From a virus, in the IMG/VR virus record IMGVR_UViG_3300046780_000484, positions 17,628 to 81,627 of that record: a DNA stretch of 64,000 bases. The stretch is one strand, 5' to 3'. The stretch's first letter is position 1. The number at the start of each line of letters is the position of its first letter. The notes beneath the pieces are model-generated. The model worked only from the letters and a program-made list of their open reading frames with translations. It searched no databases and was not told where the DNA came from. The translations under genes and the position numbers were made by a program. Positions 46,101 to 55,685 of this stretch are shown here, in pieces.

Positions 46101-47657
46101 CTCCTGCAGGCCCCACGGGGGCATGTCCAGCCGGTCCCGCACCTCGTCGATCGAGGAGATGCCGTTCTGCACCTGCTCGACGCCCAGCTGCGTGATCGCG
46201 GCCTTGTCCTCGTCGTCCTGCAGGCCCTCGAAGGAGAACTTCATGTCGTGCTGGCCGCAGATGTCCTGCAGGACGTAGTTGGCGATGCCGCACAGGGTCA
46301 TCAGCAGCGGCTTGGTGGACTTGCGGGACTTCGGGTCCCGGGAGGCCTGCGCGCCGAGCTTGATGCCCGACGCGGACGGGCCCTGCTGGGTGGCGCCGAT
46401 GTCCGGGACGATCCCCAGTTCGGTCGGCATCACGTCGAGCTGCATGAGGACCTGGTTCATCACCAGGTAGTCGAACGAATCCGAAAGATCTACCGGACGC
46501 TGCGGGTCAACCTTGCTGCCAGGCGGAAGTACTATCACTTTAAGGTGATATGCAGGGTCTCCAGCGATTCCATTCAATGCGTCCTGCAGTTCTTTTATCT
46601 GCGTCGGCGTCATGTTCGGGTCGCCGGGCGAGATGTACACCGCCGGGATGGTGCCCTCGGTGAAGTACTGGAGCTGGAACTCCTGCTTCTGCAGGCCCGA
46701 GATGATCGGCAGCAGCGCCTGCTCAATCGGCGGGAACCCGTAGGGGCTTTCCCGGCGCGGGACGAGCGGCAGGTACAGCATCGTGTCGGCGCGGAACTGG
46801 TTGACTTCCGCGCCGGCGAGCCCGTAGTCGTCGATGTCGGCGCCGGAGATGACCGTCTGGAAGTCGCTGCGGGGCACGCCGAAAAGGAACTGCTGGTACG
46901 CCGGGGCCGGGGGGCGGGGCTTGCCGCCGTGCATGTTCAGCAGCGGCCGGATCGTGGGCCCGCTGATCAGGCTGAGGCTGTCCAGGTCGCTGCCGAGCAG
47001 GCCCCGGCCGAGTCCCTTGCCGTACTTGGGCCGGAAGATCAGCGCCAGGGCGTCAAAGACGAAGATCTCTTCGAGCAGCGCCTTGAGGAACGAGCCGAAG
47101 TCGAAGTAGTCCGGGTCCGGGTGCCGGAAGAACTTCGTCGCCTCCGCTGCGCGCTCCCCGAAGTCCCGCATCGCCTTGTGGTCGCCCTGGTAGGCCTTGG
47201 CCGCCTTGGTGGTGAGCTCGATGGACCACTCGAGCCCGGCGATCTCCTCCTTGCGGAGCTCGATGGCGCGGCGGGCGACGTTGTATTTACTGGCGATGGT
47301 CTGGAGCTGGGCGAAGCTGGCGAGCTTGAGGCCTTCGGCGCCGGGCTGGGTGGGGAGGTTCCACCCGACGGGGTACTGCCAGTAGCGCGGGTCGGGGAAG
47401 CCGCCGGGGGCCGCGGGCTCGTCGACGGGGACGGGTTGGATCGGCGACATGGGGCCGAACGCGCCGTCGGTGAACGTCCTGGACGGCCGGGGCAGGAACG
47501 GGCCGTAGCCGTTCTGGCCGGCGCCCGGGTTCCCGTACATCGCGTTGGCGGCGACCTGGTTCATGCCGCCCCAGCCGCCCGACTGCGGCGCGGGGGTGTA
47601 GCGAGCGCCGCCGGGGACTGCCTTCATCGCAGCGAGGACGCCCGAGGTGCGGCTCAT
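43185..47657 (-). CDS. portal protein fused to MuF, NUDIX and ParB/Srx-like domains
   Basis: Portal SPYGFPPIEQ, ISSIDEVRDRLDMPP; MuF IARTEVARA...HPACRC; NUDIX WGMPGGK...AVLRETAEEIG; ParB IIDGHHR. Confidence 0.9.
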   Translation of the reverse strand: MSRTSGVLAAMKAVPGGARYTPAPQSGGWGGMNQVAANAMYGNPGAGQNGYGPFLPRPSRTFTDGAFGPMSPIQPVPVDEPAAPGGFPDPRYWQYPVGWNLPTQPGAEGLKLASFAQLQTIASKYNVARRAIELRKEEIAGLEWSIELTTKAAKAYQGDHKAMRDFGERAAEATKFFRHPDPDYFDFGSFLKALLEEIFVFDALALIFRPKYGKGLGRGLLGSDLDSLSLISGPTIRPLLNMHGGKPRPPAPAYQQFLFGVPRSDFQTVISGADIDDYGLAGAEVNQFRADTMLYLPLVPRRESPYGFPPIEQALLPIISGLQKQEFQLQYFTEGTIPAVYISPGDPNMTPTQIKELQDALNGIAGDPAYHLKVIVLPPGSKVDPQRPVDLSDSFDYLVMNQVLMQLDVMPTELGIVPDIGATQQGPSASGIKLGAQASRDPKSRKSTKPLLMTLCGIANYVLQDICGQHDMKFSFEGLQDDEDKAAITQLGVEQVQNGISSIDEVRDRLDMPPWGLQETGEPVVFTAQGPIPFSMAPQLIANMQGGGAGGQGTNSGQRTTSSRTRNSQPAVRRGGQTRPNGSHPAPVSPHRESVTPAHSAAAGAIQSPGPRTGGTPSRSSVAGSRKKAVDSELGALARHLRKGRQISTWVTEHIPERALGMIAEDIARGVLIDTAVERAGDICLKADDDGPVACGSPRPVPDSYPPAGEVTKAAAHWPGWERDLGLVGAYKNLIGQAFHDAEAKGSDLRRKAATGGMYVSNATLRDLISDEVRDVFSGVLAPLWTEAWHLGYAAAKSLVTGAPADFSAKGEDPEALAGFIGSEGEHWLQQVARTGLGNNSVRAELIARTEVARAVNSAAIQCYRDHGVQFKHLLLSPNACDLCKDAADDGEIPLDAVFSAGGVLGLVHPACRCVPAPAGVEAEPPLAHLGKSAAVDDETRLVWLLLRARDEDGKWRFLLQQRPDGTWGMPGGKPHVGEDSWTAVLRETAEEIGQFPELRIAGTFHHVEDDGKTQVYLWLCDTAYFHPTLDGATPDETRGAAWFRRKEIAALDLAPKFREDWEHGITLREHVTKALQRMVNANGEVLTLTPASQALQAVGSRWPYPHRADGSEWPDAGPGAVPGDAGSAGGEPPRWSDDMAEPEPHDTLEPRGGDDGEMPSRGRKPNPPAVAFPNQGYAHDEMWPAPQNTLTPAASPVGGRTGVPPSGVKSANDSGHPVVGSVPARTPEPYKPHTAEPEAFDPAETVEEWSPEAGSNVVHDLPKGAQHVTDANPVEWRHVYAQLEGNFPDSALEWVKHSTWVGPVNVPWSRVDDDDIDSWAASHQPEAVQRFAKDIARGGAHTNPSVLVHQANHPDGREIIIDGHHRGMARHFKLGKPVLAYVGTVPARWMPQALQTHSSQLHQGDDPANKGDAETLREYWTHEAHGGPTDFAYADEIAWGTDGDFMRAVALLKEHAHMTDEQAKGYANLMHHRALGYWPAQHAQMEEGK

Positions 47658-47670
47658 GCTGACCCCCGCC

Positions 47671-48006
47671 TCACTGGATCTGGAGGTAGCCCACGATGTC
47701 GAACGGGATCTCCGGTGAGTCGGTCGTCTTCTGGTACACCACGTATGTCCCGATCCCGAGGGTGATCGTGCCGCCGGGCCCGACGAGGCACTTGGCGTTG
47801 TACGGGTAGAGAAGGCTGGACGGGTTCGCGTCCCAGGAGCCGGTCACCAGGTCGGAGACCTGCGGGACCTGCGTGGCTGTGGGCATGAACGCGAACTGCA
47901 CCGCGTCGCCCGTCGGGTTGTAGGAGACGCCTGCCTTGGTGGCGGCCACCGGGACGATGTAGTACTTCAGCGACAGGTGAGACATGCCGATGATGGTGAG
48001 CCCCAC
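47671..48006 (-). CDS. virion structural protein
   Basis: Beta-rich; CLVGPGG...TDSPEIP. Confidence 0.6.
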   Translation of the reverse strand: MGLTIIGMSHLSLKYYIVPVAATKAGVSYNPTGDAVQFAFMPTATQVPQVSDLVTGSWDANPSSLLYPYNAKCLVGPGGTITLGIGTYVVYQKTTDSPEIPFDIVGYLQIQ

Positions 48007-48019
48007 ACGCCTCCCGGCT

Positions 48020-48208
48020 TCAGGACAGGTAGGGGTCTCCCGTCGCCCACTCGAAGTACGGGGTTCCCGTCTCCCACTCGAAGTACGGCGTGCCGTAGGT
48101 GAACACGACCGCCGGCGCGATGACGGCCGGGGCCAGGGTGTCGCCGGGCCAGATCGCGCCGGGCCACATCGATCCCGGCACGGCGTAGAAGCCGGGATAT
48201 GCGGTCAC
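48020..48208 (-). CDS. small virion-associated protein with GTPYFEW tandem repeat
   Basis: N-terminus paralogous to 28810-29076. Confidence 0.55.
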   Translation of the reverse strand: MTAYPGFYAVPGSMWPGAIWPGDTLAPAVIAPAVVFTYGTPYFEWETGTPYFEWATGDPYLS

Positions 48209-48312
48209 CGGGGCCGCCCTCCTTCTTGCGGGGGCAGCGCGGCAAGCCTGAAGGCCGCCGGGCGCGGAGGCGTGACCACGGTCAGCGGGCAGCCGTCACG
48301 GCAACTCGACGA

Positions 48313-48660
48313 CTAGCTTGGCGTTACATTTGCGGACGTCTCGCTGAATTCCGTTGCCGTGAGCGATGAGTACGCATAGCCCGTGAGCGTTGACCAGTCG
48401 TAACCCTCGGCCCATGTTTTTACAGCCTCCAACAGAGAGGCGACTGCCGAGGAGCCACCTTCATAGAAGGCTGGCCCGATGTCCATTATGTCAGGGTTGG
48501 CGAAGGAAGGCGCCTGGTAACAGGGATAGCTGTTAGCCGCCGGGAAGCCCGAGAAGTTGCCGATCCAGAAAGCAACATTCTCGTTAGCGCCGTCTAGCGA
48601 GACCTCCACCAGGTACAACGGATATTCCGAATACTGGTTAGTGAAGCTAATGCCAGCCAT
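48313..48660 (-). CDS. hypothetical protein, lower GC
   Basis: 115 aa ORF with AT-rich codons. Confidence 0.55.
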   Translation of the reverse strand: MAGISFTNQYSEYPLYLVEVSLDGANENVAFWIGNFSGFPAANSYPCYQAPSFANPDIMDIGPAFYEGGSSAVASLLEAVKTWAEGYDWSTLTGYAYSSLTATEFSETSANVTPS

Positions 48661-48691
48661 CCCAGTCCCCTTTCAGCGCTCGCCGGGCATG

Positions 48692-51600
48692 CTAAGGCAG
48701 TTCAACGAAGCTCATGCTCACATTCTGGATCTGAGCAGTATCGGCAGCGTTGTTGGTGGCGGCAGCTATGTCGAACCAGTACGCCGTACTCGGTGTGAGG
48801 GTGAGCAGCGCGGTGAACGCGAACGCGGTGCTGTTGTTCGTCCCGGTGTTGTTGCCCCGGATCTGCGGGTCGCCGACTGCGCCGAACCTGGTCCCGCTGA
48901 CTGCCGCGCCGTTGACCGGTGCCGTGCCGGTGCCGTAACGGGCGCCGACCGTCATGAACGTCAGGGTGGTGTTGATGAACCCGTACCCGGTGACGTTGAC
49001 CAGGACGAGCCCCGATCCGGTCGGCGTGTAGGCGCACGTCGACCCGAGGCCCATCATGACCAGGGTCGTGCTCGCGGTCGCTGTCGGGTTAGCCGGGGTG
49101 AACCCGGCCGGGGCCGCCTGCCCCCACGAGTGGACGTGGTTAGCGGGAGCGCATTTAGTGCTGCTCCCGGCGACAGCCGACGTGCCGATGGGCTGGATGT
49201 CGCCGGCGGTGCCGGTAAGGATAATGGCACCCTGCGTGGACGTCGTGGCTGCCGGCAGGTCCCCGGCGGCGATGGTGCCCCACGCCGGGGCCTGGGCCGC
49301 CGCGCCGGTCCCCGTCGAGGTGAGGAAGTTCTTCGTCGCCGAGGTGGGCCCCGCTAGCCGGGAGGCGGTGGACGCGCCGGACTCGTACTCGATGTCCCCC
49401 GTGGTGGTCATCGGGGACAGGGCGTTGTACGCGGCGGCTGCCGACACCTGCCCCGTGCCGCCCGACCCGACCGCCAGGGTGGCGGACAGCCCCGCCGCGG
49501 TTCCGCTGGTGTTCTGGTTCAGGGTGGGCACGTCCCCGGCCTGGATCACGGCCAGGGTCGCGTTGGCGCCGTCTGACCGCAGGACCTTCCCGCTTGACTG
49601 CGTGCCCGTCAGGGCGTTTATCGCGGCCTGCTGGGTCGTCTGCCCGGTCCCGCCGGCGGTGATCGCGATGGCGTTGCCGGGCGTGAGGTTGCCGGAGTCG
49701 CTGAGCTGCAGCTTCGTCGAGCCCTCGGGGTTCTTGAACTGCAGCGTCCCGGTCGCCGACGTGTCCATCTGCATGGACCAGGCCTTGCCGTCCATGGCGC
49801 GGGAGATCTGCAGGGCGGCGGTGTTCGCGTTACCCAGCAGCAGCAGCGGGCTCCGCGCCTGCCCGGGTGATGCCTGCGCCAGCGCGGCGAGGGTCTCGGC
49901 GTTGTCGGCGAGCGCCCCGGCGTAGTACCGCTGGGTGAACCGGGAGCTGGTCACGGACTGCAGGACGACGACGCCGCCGGTGGCCAGCGTGCCGGACCCG
50001 CCCGTGCAGCCGGTGAACGTGGTCACGCTCCCGGCGGTGGACTGCCCGGTGTAGGTGACCGACTGCGGTCCGCTCGCGGTGGTGGCCACCATCAGGGACC
50101 CGGCCGCGGGGAGCGTCCCGGTCATGTTGTCGACGGCGATGGAGGCCTGCGGCAGCGTCAGGGCGTTCATCGTCGAGTCGAGCGTCCCGGCGGCCTTGCT
50201 GTTGTAGACGAACCCGCCCTTGGACTGGGTGAACCGGGTCTCTACGAAGTTGAGCTGGGTGTTCACCCCGTCGAGGAGGACGCCGAGGCCGTTCCACTTG
50301 CCCTGCCCGACGGTGATGTCAGCGCAGTTGGTGAGTTTCAGCGACCACATGCCCGCCTCGCCGACAGGGGCGGAGGAGGCCCAGTAGTTATCGCCGAACG
50401 CGGCGACGACCGCGTTGTTCAGGCTGACCCCGGCGCCGTTCCCGGCGTTGTCGAATGAGCCGTCGATCTCGTGCATGTCGGTGAACATGAACAGGTTCTT
50501 GGCGGGGCTGAACTGGGAGAAGTCGACGTTGAGGCCGTTGAGGACATAGGCGGCGATGCCGGGGGTGCGCAGGGAGTGGCCGCCGATGATCTGGAAGTCG
50601 TTCCCGGCCCTGATCGTGTAGAAGGCGTTCGCGGTGATGCCGAGCGCGCCGGCGGTCAGGTAGTTGTACGGGTAGATCAGCTCGAACTGGATGGGGTCGC
50701 CGTACGTCTGCCCGGGGCCGACGGTGTTCCCCGCGTTGGCGGTGTCCCACGGCGCGTCAGCGCTGTAGGAGGTGAGCCACTTCCAGTAGGAGTCGGAGGC
50801 GTTGAAGCATTCGGGCTGGAAGAACCGCAGGTTGTTGGCCCAGCCGGTGACCCGGCCGCACGCCCCGCCGCGGACCTTGACTTTCGTCTCGAGGAACTGC
50901 TGGATCCGGTCGTAGTAGATCCCCACGGCGCCCGTGGCGGTGGGCACGTCGGCCAGGTCGATGTACAGGTTCTCGATCTCGCCGAACGAGAACTGGGTCG
51001 CCGTGCCGCCAGGCGCGTACTTCGTGGAAGCGTCGATGACCGGCTTCTGCGGGAACGCGGTAGAGGCGAGCAGGTGCGCGCCGACGTCGCCGCGGTCCGC
51101 CCACCCGGCCAGCTTGACCGGCACCGGGCTGGAGGCGGTGGCCCCGTACAGCTTGAGGCTGCCGGTGACCAGGTAGGCGGCGTAGGAGTTCGGCACGGCC
51201 AGGACGCAGGTGCCGCCTACGGGGGTCGCGTTGATGGCCGCCTGGAGGTTCGCGGTCTGGTCGGCGCCGTAGATGGACGCGCGGGCGTTGCTGACCGTCG
51301 TCGAGGCGGTCGCGGCGAGGGTGACGGTGGTGGAGTTCACGAACGCGGAGATCGTCGTGGTGAGCATCGCCCCGGCGGCGCCGGCTCCGGTGACGTTGAC
51401 CGTCTTGCCGGCGCTGGCCGAGGTGAATCCCGCGGTTGCCGAGGTGAGCGTCGCGCTGGTCGCGGTCATGGCCGCGTCGCCGACGACCAGGCTGTCCGGT
51501 TTCGCGCCGTAGTTGACCGCGTACACGACCGGCATGTACCGGGTGTCAAGCTGGGACAGGGCCAGGTCGTCGGCGTAGACGTACCAGATGCCGCCGGCCG

Positions 51601-52303
51601 CCTTGTACTGCAGCAGCATGCCCTGGGCTAGCAGGGTCAGTGTCGCGGTGGTGCCGCCGCCCGTCTTGTTGAACACGTCCGACCCGGCGCAGGCGACCGT
51701 GACCGTGTTCGTCCCGCCCTGGATGACCTGCTTAACGCCGACCACGGCCAGGTCCGCCGGGGCGTTCGGGAGCGTGACGGTGAATCCGCCGGATGTCGTG
51801 TCGCACGGCACGAAATCCCCGGCCGCCGCGCTGTACGTCGTGGTCTTGACCGCGACCGGGGTGAGCAGGCCGGCGAAGTTCCGGGTCGTGCTGCCCGTGC
51901 CGCCCTGGTTCACCGGCAGCGCCGCGCTCAGGTGCGTGGAGGTCACCGTCGGCGCGGCCCCGGTGCCGCCGAGGTCCCCGTTGCCCGCCTGGGCGAACGC
52001 GCCCAGCCCCGCGGTGGTCACGACCTGGTAGACAGTGAACCCGGCTGCGTGCGTGACCGGGGTGGTCGATTCCGCGCCCCGCGTGACCGTCCAGGTCGTG
52101 CCGGACACGTTGGTGACCGCGACGATCTCAGTGGGGGCAGCGGGGTCGGCCACGTGGAACTGAGAGACACCCGTCGACGCTGCCCCGAACATCGCCGACG
52201 AGGCGACCGTCCAGGTTTCCTGCGTGCCGCCCGCCGGGGCTGTGGTTCCCCCCGAGGAGACCGTGGTGGTGGCCCGGTCGGAGGCGAAAAGCTCGACTGC
52301 CAC
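48692..52303 (-). CDS. long tailspike/fiber-like protein with beta-helix
   Basis: VYAVNYGAKPD, ADQTANLQAAINA, LPVNQGGTG/GSGGTG repeats; N-terminus shared with 27240-28808. Confidence 0.8.
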   Translation of the reverse strand: MAVELFASDRATTTVSSGGTTAPAGGTQETWTVASSAMFGAASTGVSQFHVADPAAPTEIVAVTNVSGTTWTVTRGAESTTPVTHAAGFTVYQVVTTAGLGAFAQAGNGDLGGTGAAPTVTSTHLSAALPVNQGGTGSTTRNFAGLLTPVAVKTTTYSAAAGDFVPCDTTSGGFTVTLPNAPADLAVVGVKQVIQGGTNTVTVACAGSDVFNKTGGGTTATLTLLAQGMLLQYKAAGGIWYVYADDLALSQLDTRYMPVVYAVNYGAKPDSLVVGDAAMTATSATLTSATAGFTSASAGKTVNVTGAGAAGAMLTTTISAFVNSTTVTLAATASTTVSNARASIYGADQTANLQAAINATPVGGTCVLAVPNSYAAYLVTGSLKLYGATASSPVPVKLAGWADRGDVGAHLLASTAFPQKPVIDASTKYAPGGTATQFSFGEIENLYIDLADVPTATGAVGIYYDRIQQFLETKVKVRGGACGRVTGWANNLRFFQPECFNASDSYWKWLTSYSADAPWDTANAGNTVGPGQTYGDPIQFELIYPYNYLTAGALGITANAFYTIRAGNDFQIIGGHSLRTPGIAAYVLNGLNVDFSQFSPAKNLFMFTDMHEIDGSFDNAGNGAGVSLNNAVVAAFGDNYWASSAPVGEAGMWSLKLTNCADITVGQGKWNGLGVLLDGVNTQLNFVETRFTQSKGGFVYNSKAAGTLDSTMNALTLPQASIAVDNMTGTLPAAGSLMVATTASGPQSVTYTGQSTAGSVTTFTGCTGGSGTLATGGVVVLQSVTSSRFTQRYYAGALADNAETLAALAQASPGQARSPLLLLGNANTAALQISRAMDGKAWSMQMDTSATGTLQFKNPEGSTKLQLSDSGNLTPGNAIAITAGGTGQTTQQAAINALTGTQSSGKVLRSDGANATLAVIQAGDVPTLNQNTSGTAAGLSATLAVGSGGTGQVSAAAAYNALSPMTTTGDIEYESGASTASRLAGPTSATKNFLTSTGTGAAAQAPAWGTIAAGDLPAATTSTQGAIILTGTAGDIQPIGTSAVAGSSTKCAPANHVHSWGQAAPAGFTPANPTATASTTLVMMGLGSTCAYTPTGSGLVLVNVTGYGFINTTLTFMTVGARYGTGTAPVNGAAVSGTRFGAVGDPQIRGNNTGTNNSTAFAFTALLTLTPSTAYWFDIAAATNNAADTAQIQNVSMSFVELP

Positions 52304-52353
52304 CCGGTCCCCCTAGTCCCCTGATTTGCGCCGGGCAGGACGGGGGGAGCCGG

Positions 52354-52789
52354 TCAGGCTTCCGGCGGATCCGGCTGCTGCTGGGCCGGCTGGCTCATGC
52401 TGATCGTCACCACGAAGCTGATGTACCGGGCGGTCAGTTCCAGGGCCTGCGCCTCCGTGAAGCCGGCCGCGAGGTGGCTGGCGAAGAAGGAGAAGTCGTT
52501 CGCGGCGAGCGGTCCCCAGTCGGGCAGGCCGTCGCGGAACGGGTCGGCGGGCATCTCATCGCCCATCCGCGCTCCCGTCCTCGGGATCGTAGGCGTCCTC
52601 GGGGAAGACGACGCCCGTCTGGTCCCATTTGCGCCAGTAGGTAACGGCGATGACGTTGCCGTTGGGGTGCTTCTCGATCCTGCGGACGCGGGGGCAGGCG
52701 CGCTGGTGGAGACCGCCGCAATGCTCGCAGGCAGTCCCGGCCTCGAACAGCAGGCGGGCGTCGGCCTTCTCAGCCTTGGTCAGGCTCAG
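52354..52789 (-). CDS. two small hypothetical genes (52354-52566; 52556-52789 with probable CTG start)
   Basis: AAGFTEAQALEL motif; CEHCGGLHQRACPR; GGGAGG RBS before CTG. Confidence 0.5.
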
Positions 52790-52877
52790 AATTTCCTCCC
52801 CGCCAGCCAGTCCCGCCCGGTGTACGAGTGCCAGCCCTGCCCCGCGGACATGGAGAGGGCCTTGGCCATGTACCGCC
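52786..52877 (-). pseudogene. displaced duplicate of terminase C-terminus
   Basis: RYMAKALSMSAGQGWHSYTGRDWLAGRKF* vs terminase end QYLAKALTLSAGGGNGRFAYSGMDPFRGRRL*. Confidence 0.7.
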
Positions 52878-53531
52878 TCAGGCGCTTCTCTTGAAGAGGC
52901 TCGAAGGTGTCAGTTCGGGACGGAACCAGTGGTACTCGGTCAGTTGCGCGATCCACGCCATGAACTCGTCGTAGGACTTGGCCCACTTGGCGCGATTGCA
53001 GAACGTGCAGCACGGGAGCGTGTTGTCCGGCGTGTAGCCGAGGGCGTTATCTTTCCGGTCGAGACCGGTATAGATAAAGTCTCCGTTCTCGTGCACCACG
53101 CCTACGCTTCTCACGGTGCTCGGCGGCGTGCCGCAGTAATGACAGGGCTGCGAGGTCAGCCGGTCGAAGTCCTCGCCGGTCAACTCCCAGGCGAGACCCC
53201 GGTGCTTGGCGCCACCTTGATAGTTCTTGAGCACAGCGTTCCTGGCTGCCCCGTTAGGGGTGGCCAGCCGGGGTAGCTTATTCCCGCAACCGCACCCCGT
53301 GCGGCTACCGCCGAGCACCTCATTAATGTTGCAGACAAACTCGTTTCCGCACTCGCAGAGGAGACGGACGGCCCGGTAAGTCCTGCGGCGATTCGCACCC
53401 GGCCGGGAAGGGATTCGGAGGTCGGTTTCAATGACGATGCTTCGGCCGATGCGCTGGCCTACCTCGACGAATCGCCTCGGCGGCTTGCCGGGGAGTTGGC
53501 GGGGGCCATCAGGGAACTTACGCTTGGTCAT
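52878..53531 (-). CDS. HNH homing endonuclease
   Basis: CECGNE...CGC; CHYCG...GLDRKDNALGYTPDNTLPCCTFCNRAK. Confidence 0.9.
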   Translation of the reverse strand: MTKRKFPDGPRQLPGKPPRRFVEVGQRIGRSIVIETDLRIPSRPGANRRRTYRAVRLLCECGNEFVCNINEVLGGSRTGCGCGNKLPRLATPNGAARNAVLKNYQGGAKHRGLAWELTGEDFDRLTSQPCHYCGTPPSTVRSVGVVHENGDFIYTGLDRKDNALGYTPDNTLPCCTFCNRAKWAKSYDEFMAWIAQLTEYHWFRPELTPSSLFKRSA

Positions 53532-53664
53532 GCTGGACCTGCTCAATCAGGTTCGGCGAAGCCCTGGCGGGTGGTGACACACCTGCCGGGGCGCTTATGT
53601 AGAACAGTCTAGCGTATTTTACCTGCTCACGTGGCCAAAGTGACACCCGTGTCGGCTAGGGCCG

Positions 53665-55410
53665 TCACAACCGCCGCCCCCGGAACGGGTCCATCCCGGA
53701 GTATGCAAACCGGCCATTCCCCCCGCCTGCGGACAGGGTGAGCGCTTTCGCCAAATATTGCTCAGGGTTCATCGAACAGTGCGGACACGACGGCTCACGG
53801 GGCGGGTACGTCTTCCCGCACTCCTCGTTCGTGCAGGTCTTCAGGTACGCCACCGACCACGGGACCTGCGCGGGCCTGCCCCCGGCGTGCTTGGCGGGCA
53901 TCGGGGTGACCTCCGCGCCGCAGTTGGCGCACCGCTGGTCCTTGTCCTCGTTGACCCGCGCCCCGCACTTGGTGCAGTCACGGAACCCGTAGACGATGCC
54001 CCAGTCGCCCTGATTGCCGCCGGCGAGGTGGATCATGGCCCAGACAAACGCGTCCGCACGGTCATCGTGCATGCGCGAGCGGTCGTCTTCGATAGTCATC
54101 GCCGACAACTGCTCTTCCAGCTTGCCGAAGCTGTCCCCGACCATGTGCACCCGGCCCTGCATGAACAGGCTGGAAGGCCCCTGCGCCCGCGCGACCTTGC
54201 CCTTCATGCCCGAGACCGGCCGGATCGGGATGTTCGGGTCGACCGTGGCCAGCAGCGACCGGATGAAGTCGCCTGCCACGTTCACTTCCGCCACCACGCA
54301 GTCCGCGGCGTTGCGGTAGAACGCCTCGGCGATGACGCGCATCTGCTGCTCCGGGTCGAACCGGCCCGAGCAGTCCTCGAGGCAGTAGTAGTCCCCGTCC
54401 GCACCCTCCGCCAGGACGGCGATACCGGACTCGTCGCTGCGGGCACTGGACGTGGTAGCCGGGTCATAGCCGACGACGACGCGCCGCCACTGCGGCAGGT
54501 GATCCATCCCGGGGAACACGCGGGTCTCGTTGAACTTCTCCAGCGGGAACAGGCACCCGTCGACCTCGGCCAGCAGCTCGCCTTCGAGTTCCTGCCTGAG
54601 CATGGACGTTCCGGCGTACTTGCGCTCGAGGGTCTTGCGCTGCCTCGCGGCATAGTGCGGGTTCTCGGCGGTACGCCCGCGGGTGACGTGGACGCCGGTC
54701 TCGGCTTCGTTGTCGCCGTCGGCCAGCAGGTCGCGCAGCAGGCGGACCCGCTTAGGCGTGGTGGTGATCAGCAGCCGGGGGTTGTCTCCCTTGCGGAGCG
54801 CCGGCTGCAACCCCTCGTGGTAGAACTGGAAATACCTGATCATCGCCAGTTCGTCGAACCAGGCGTACGCCAGGTTCTCGCCGCGGATCGAGTCGGGCTT
54901 CTCGGCGCTGAAGCCCCGGATCTTGCTTCCGTTCTCGAACGTGAGCTCAAGCCGGTTCTTGTTGTAGTCGGTGATACTGACGCCGTTCACGCGCGCCACG
55001 GCCTCGACGCCGGATTCCCCTTCGATGCAGATGGAGCGGACGGCTTTGTCGGTGGGGGCGCAGATGCCGACGTAGATGCCGGGCTTGGACAGGGCCATCT
55101 CTATGACCCAGTTTGCCCCGCAGAGCGTTTTTCCCCACCCGCGCCCGGTAAGCAGCATCCAGGTGGACCAGTCCGGGTTCCCGTCGCAGCCGCACCTGTT
55201 GCCTTGCAGGTCAGCGTCAGCGTGACGGGGGTGGTCCGGGGGAAGCTGGGACGGCCGGGGCCCGGAGTCTTCCTCCAGCGTCTCCGGCTTGTCCCACCAG
55301 CGGAGCTTCGGGAAATACAGAGCGTGATAATCGCTCAACCAGCGCTCTTGCACGGCCCTCGGCCAGGCCTCGAACCCGTCCGGGAAATCGAGGCCGCCGG
55401 GGGTGCTCAC
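53665..55410 (-). CDS. terL: large terminase subunit with C-terminal zinc ribbons
   Basis: Walker A GRGWGKT, Walker B AWFDELA, ITTTP, QELEGE, GYDPA nuclease, DDRADAFVW. Confidence 0.95.
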   Translation of the reverse strand: MSTPGGLDFPDGFEAWPRAVQERWLSDYHALYFPKLRWWDKPETLEEDSGPRPSQLPPDHPRHADADLQGNRCGCDGNPDWSTWMLLTGRGWGKTLCGANWVIEMALSKPGIYVGICAPTDKAVRSICIEGESGVEAVARVNGVSITDYNKNRLELTFENGSKIRGFSAEKPDSIRGENLAYAWFDELAMIRYFQFYHEGLQPALRKGDNPRLLITTTPKRVRLLRDLLADGDNEAETGVHVTRGRTAENPHYAARQRKTLERKYAGTSMLRQELEGELLAEVDGCLFPLEKFNETRVFPGMDHLPQWRRVVVGYDPATTSSARSDESGIAVLAEGADGDYYCLEDCSGRFDPEQQMRVIAEAFYRNAADCVVAEVNVAGDFIRSLLATVDPNIPIRPVSGMKGKVARAQGPSSLFMQGRVHMVGDSFGKLEEQLSAMTIEDDRSRMHDDRADAFVWAMIHLAGGNQGDWGIVYGFRDCTKCGARVNEDKDQRCANCGAEVTPMPAKHAGGRPAQVPWSVAYLKTCTNEECGKTYPPREPSCPHCSMNPEQYLAKALTLSAGGGNGRFAYSGMDPFRGRRL

Positions 55411-55685
55411 GCCGCCTCCGTGCCGTCCTCGTCAGGCTCGTCTTCGCAGATGCACTCGGCGACAGGCTTCCTGCAGAACCCGCAGACGCGGATGCGGGCC
55501 ACGGCACCTCCCGCACCAGGAGTCAGGCTCTCAGGACAGGCTCCCAGCGGGCATCCGGCAGCCACCCGAGCACCGCGACGGCCATCAGCACGTCCCGGTT
55601 CGTGGGCACCGTGGCCGCTACGAGGTCAGGGTGCGGGTCGGGGCCGCCGATGAGGTCGGACAGGAGCACGGGACGATGCTAGCGG

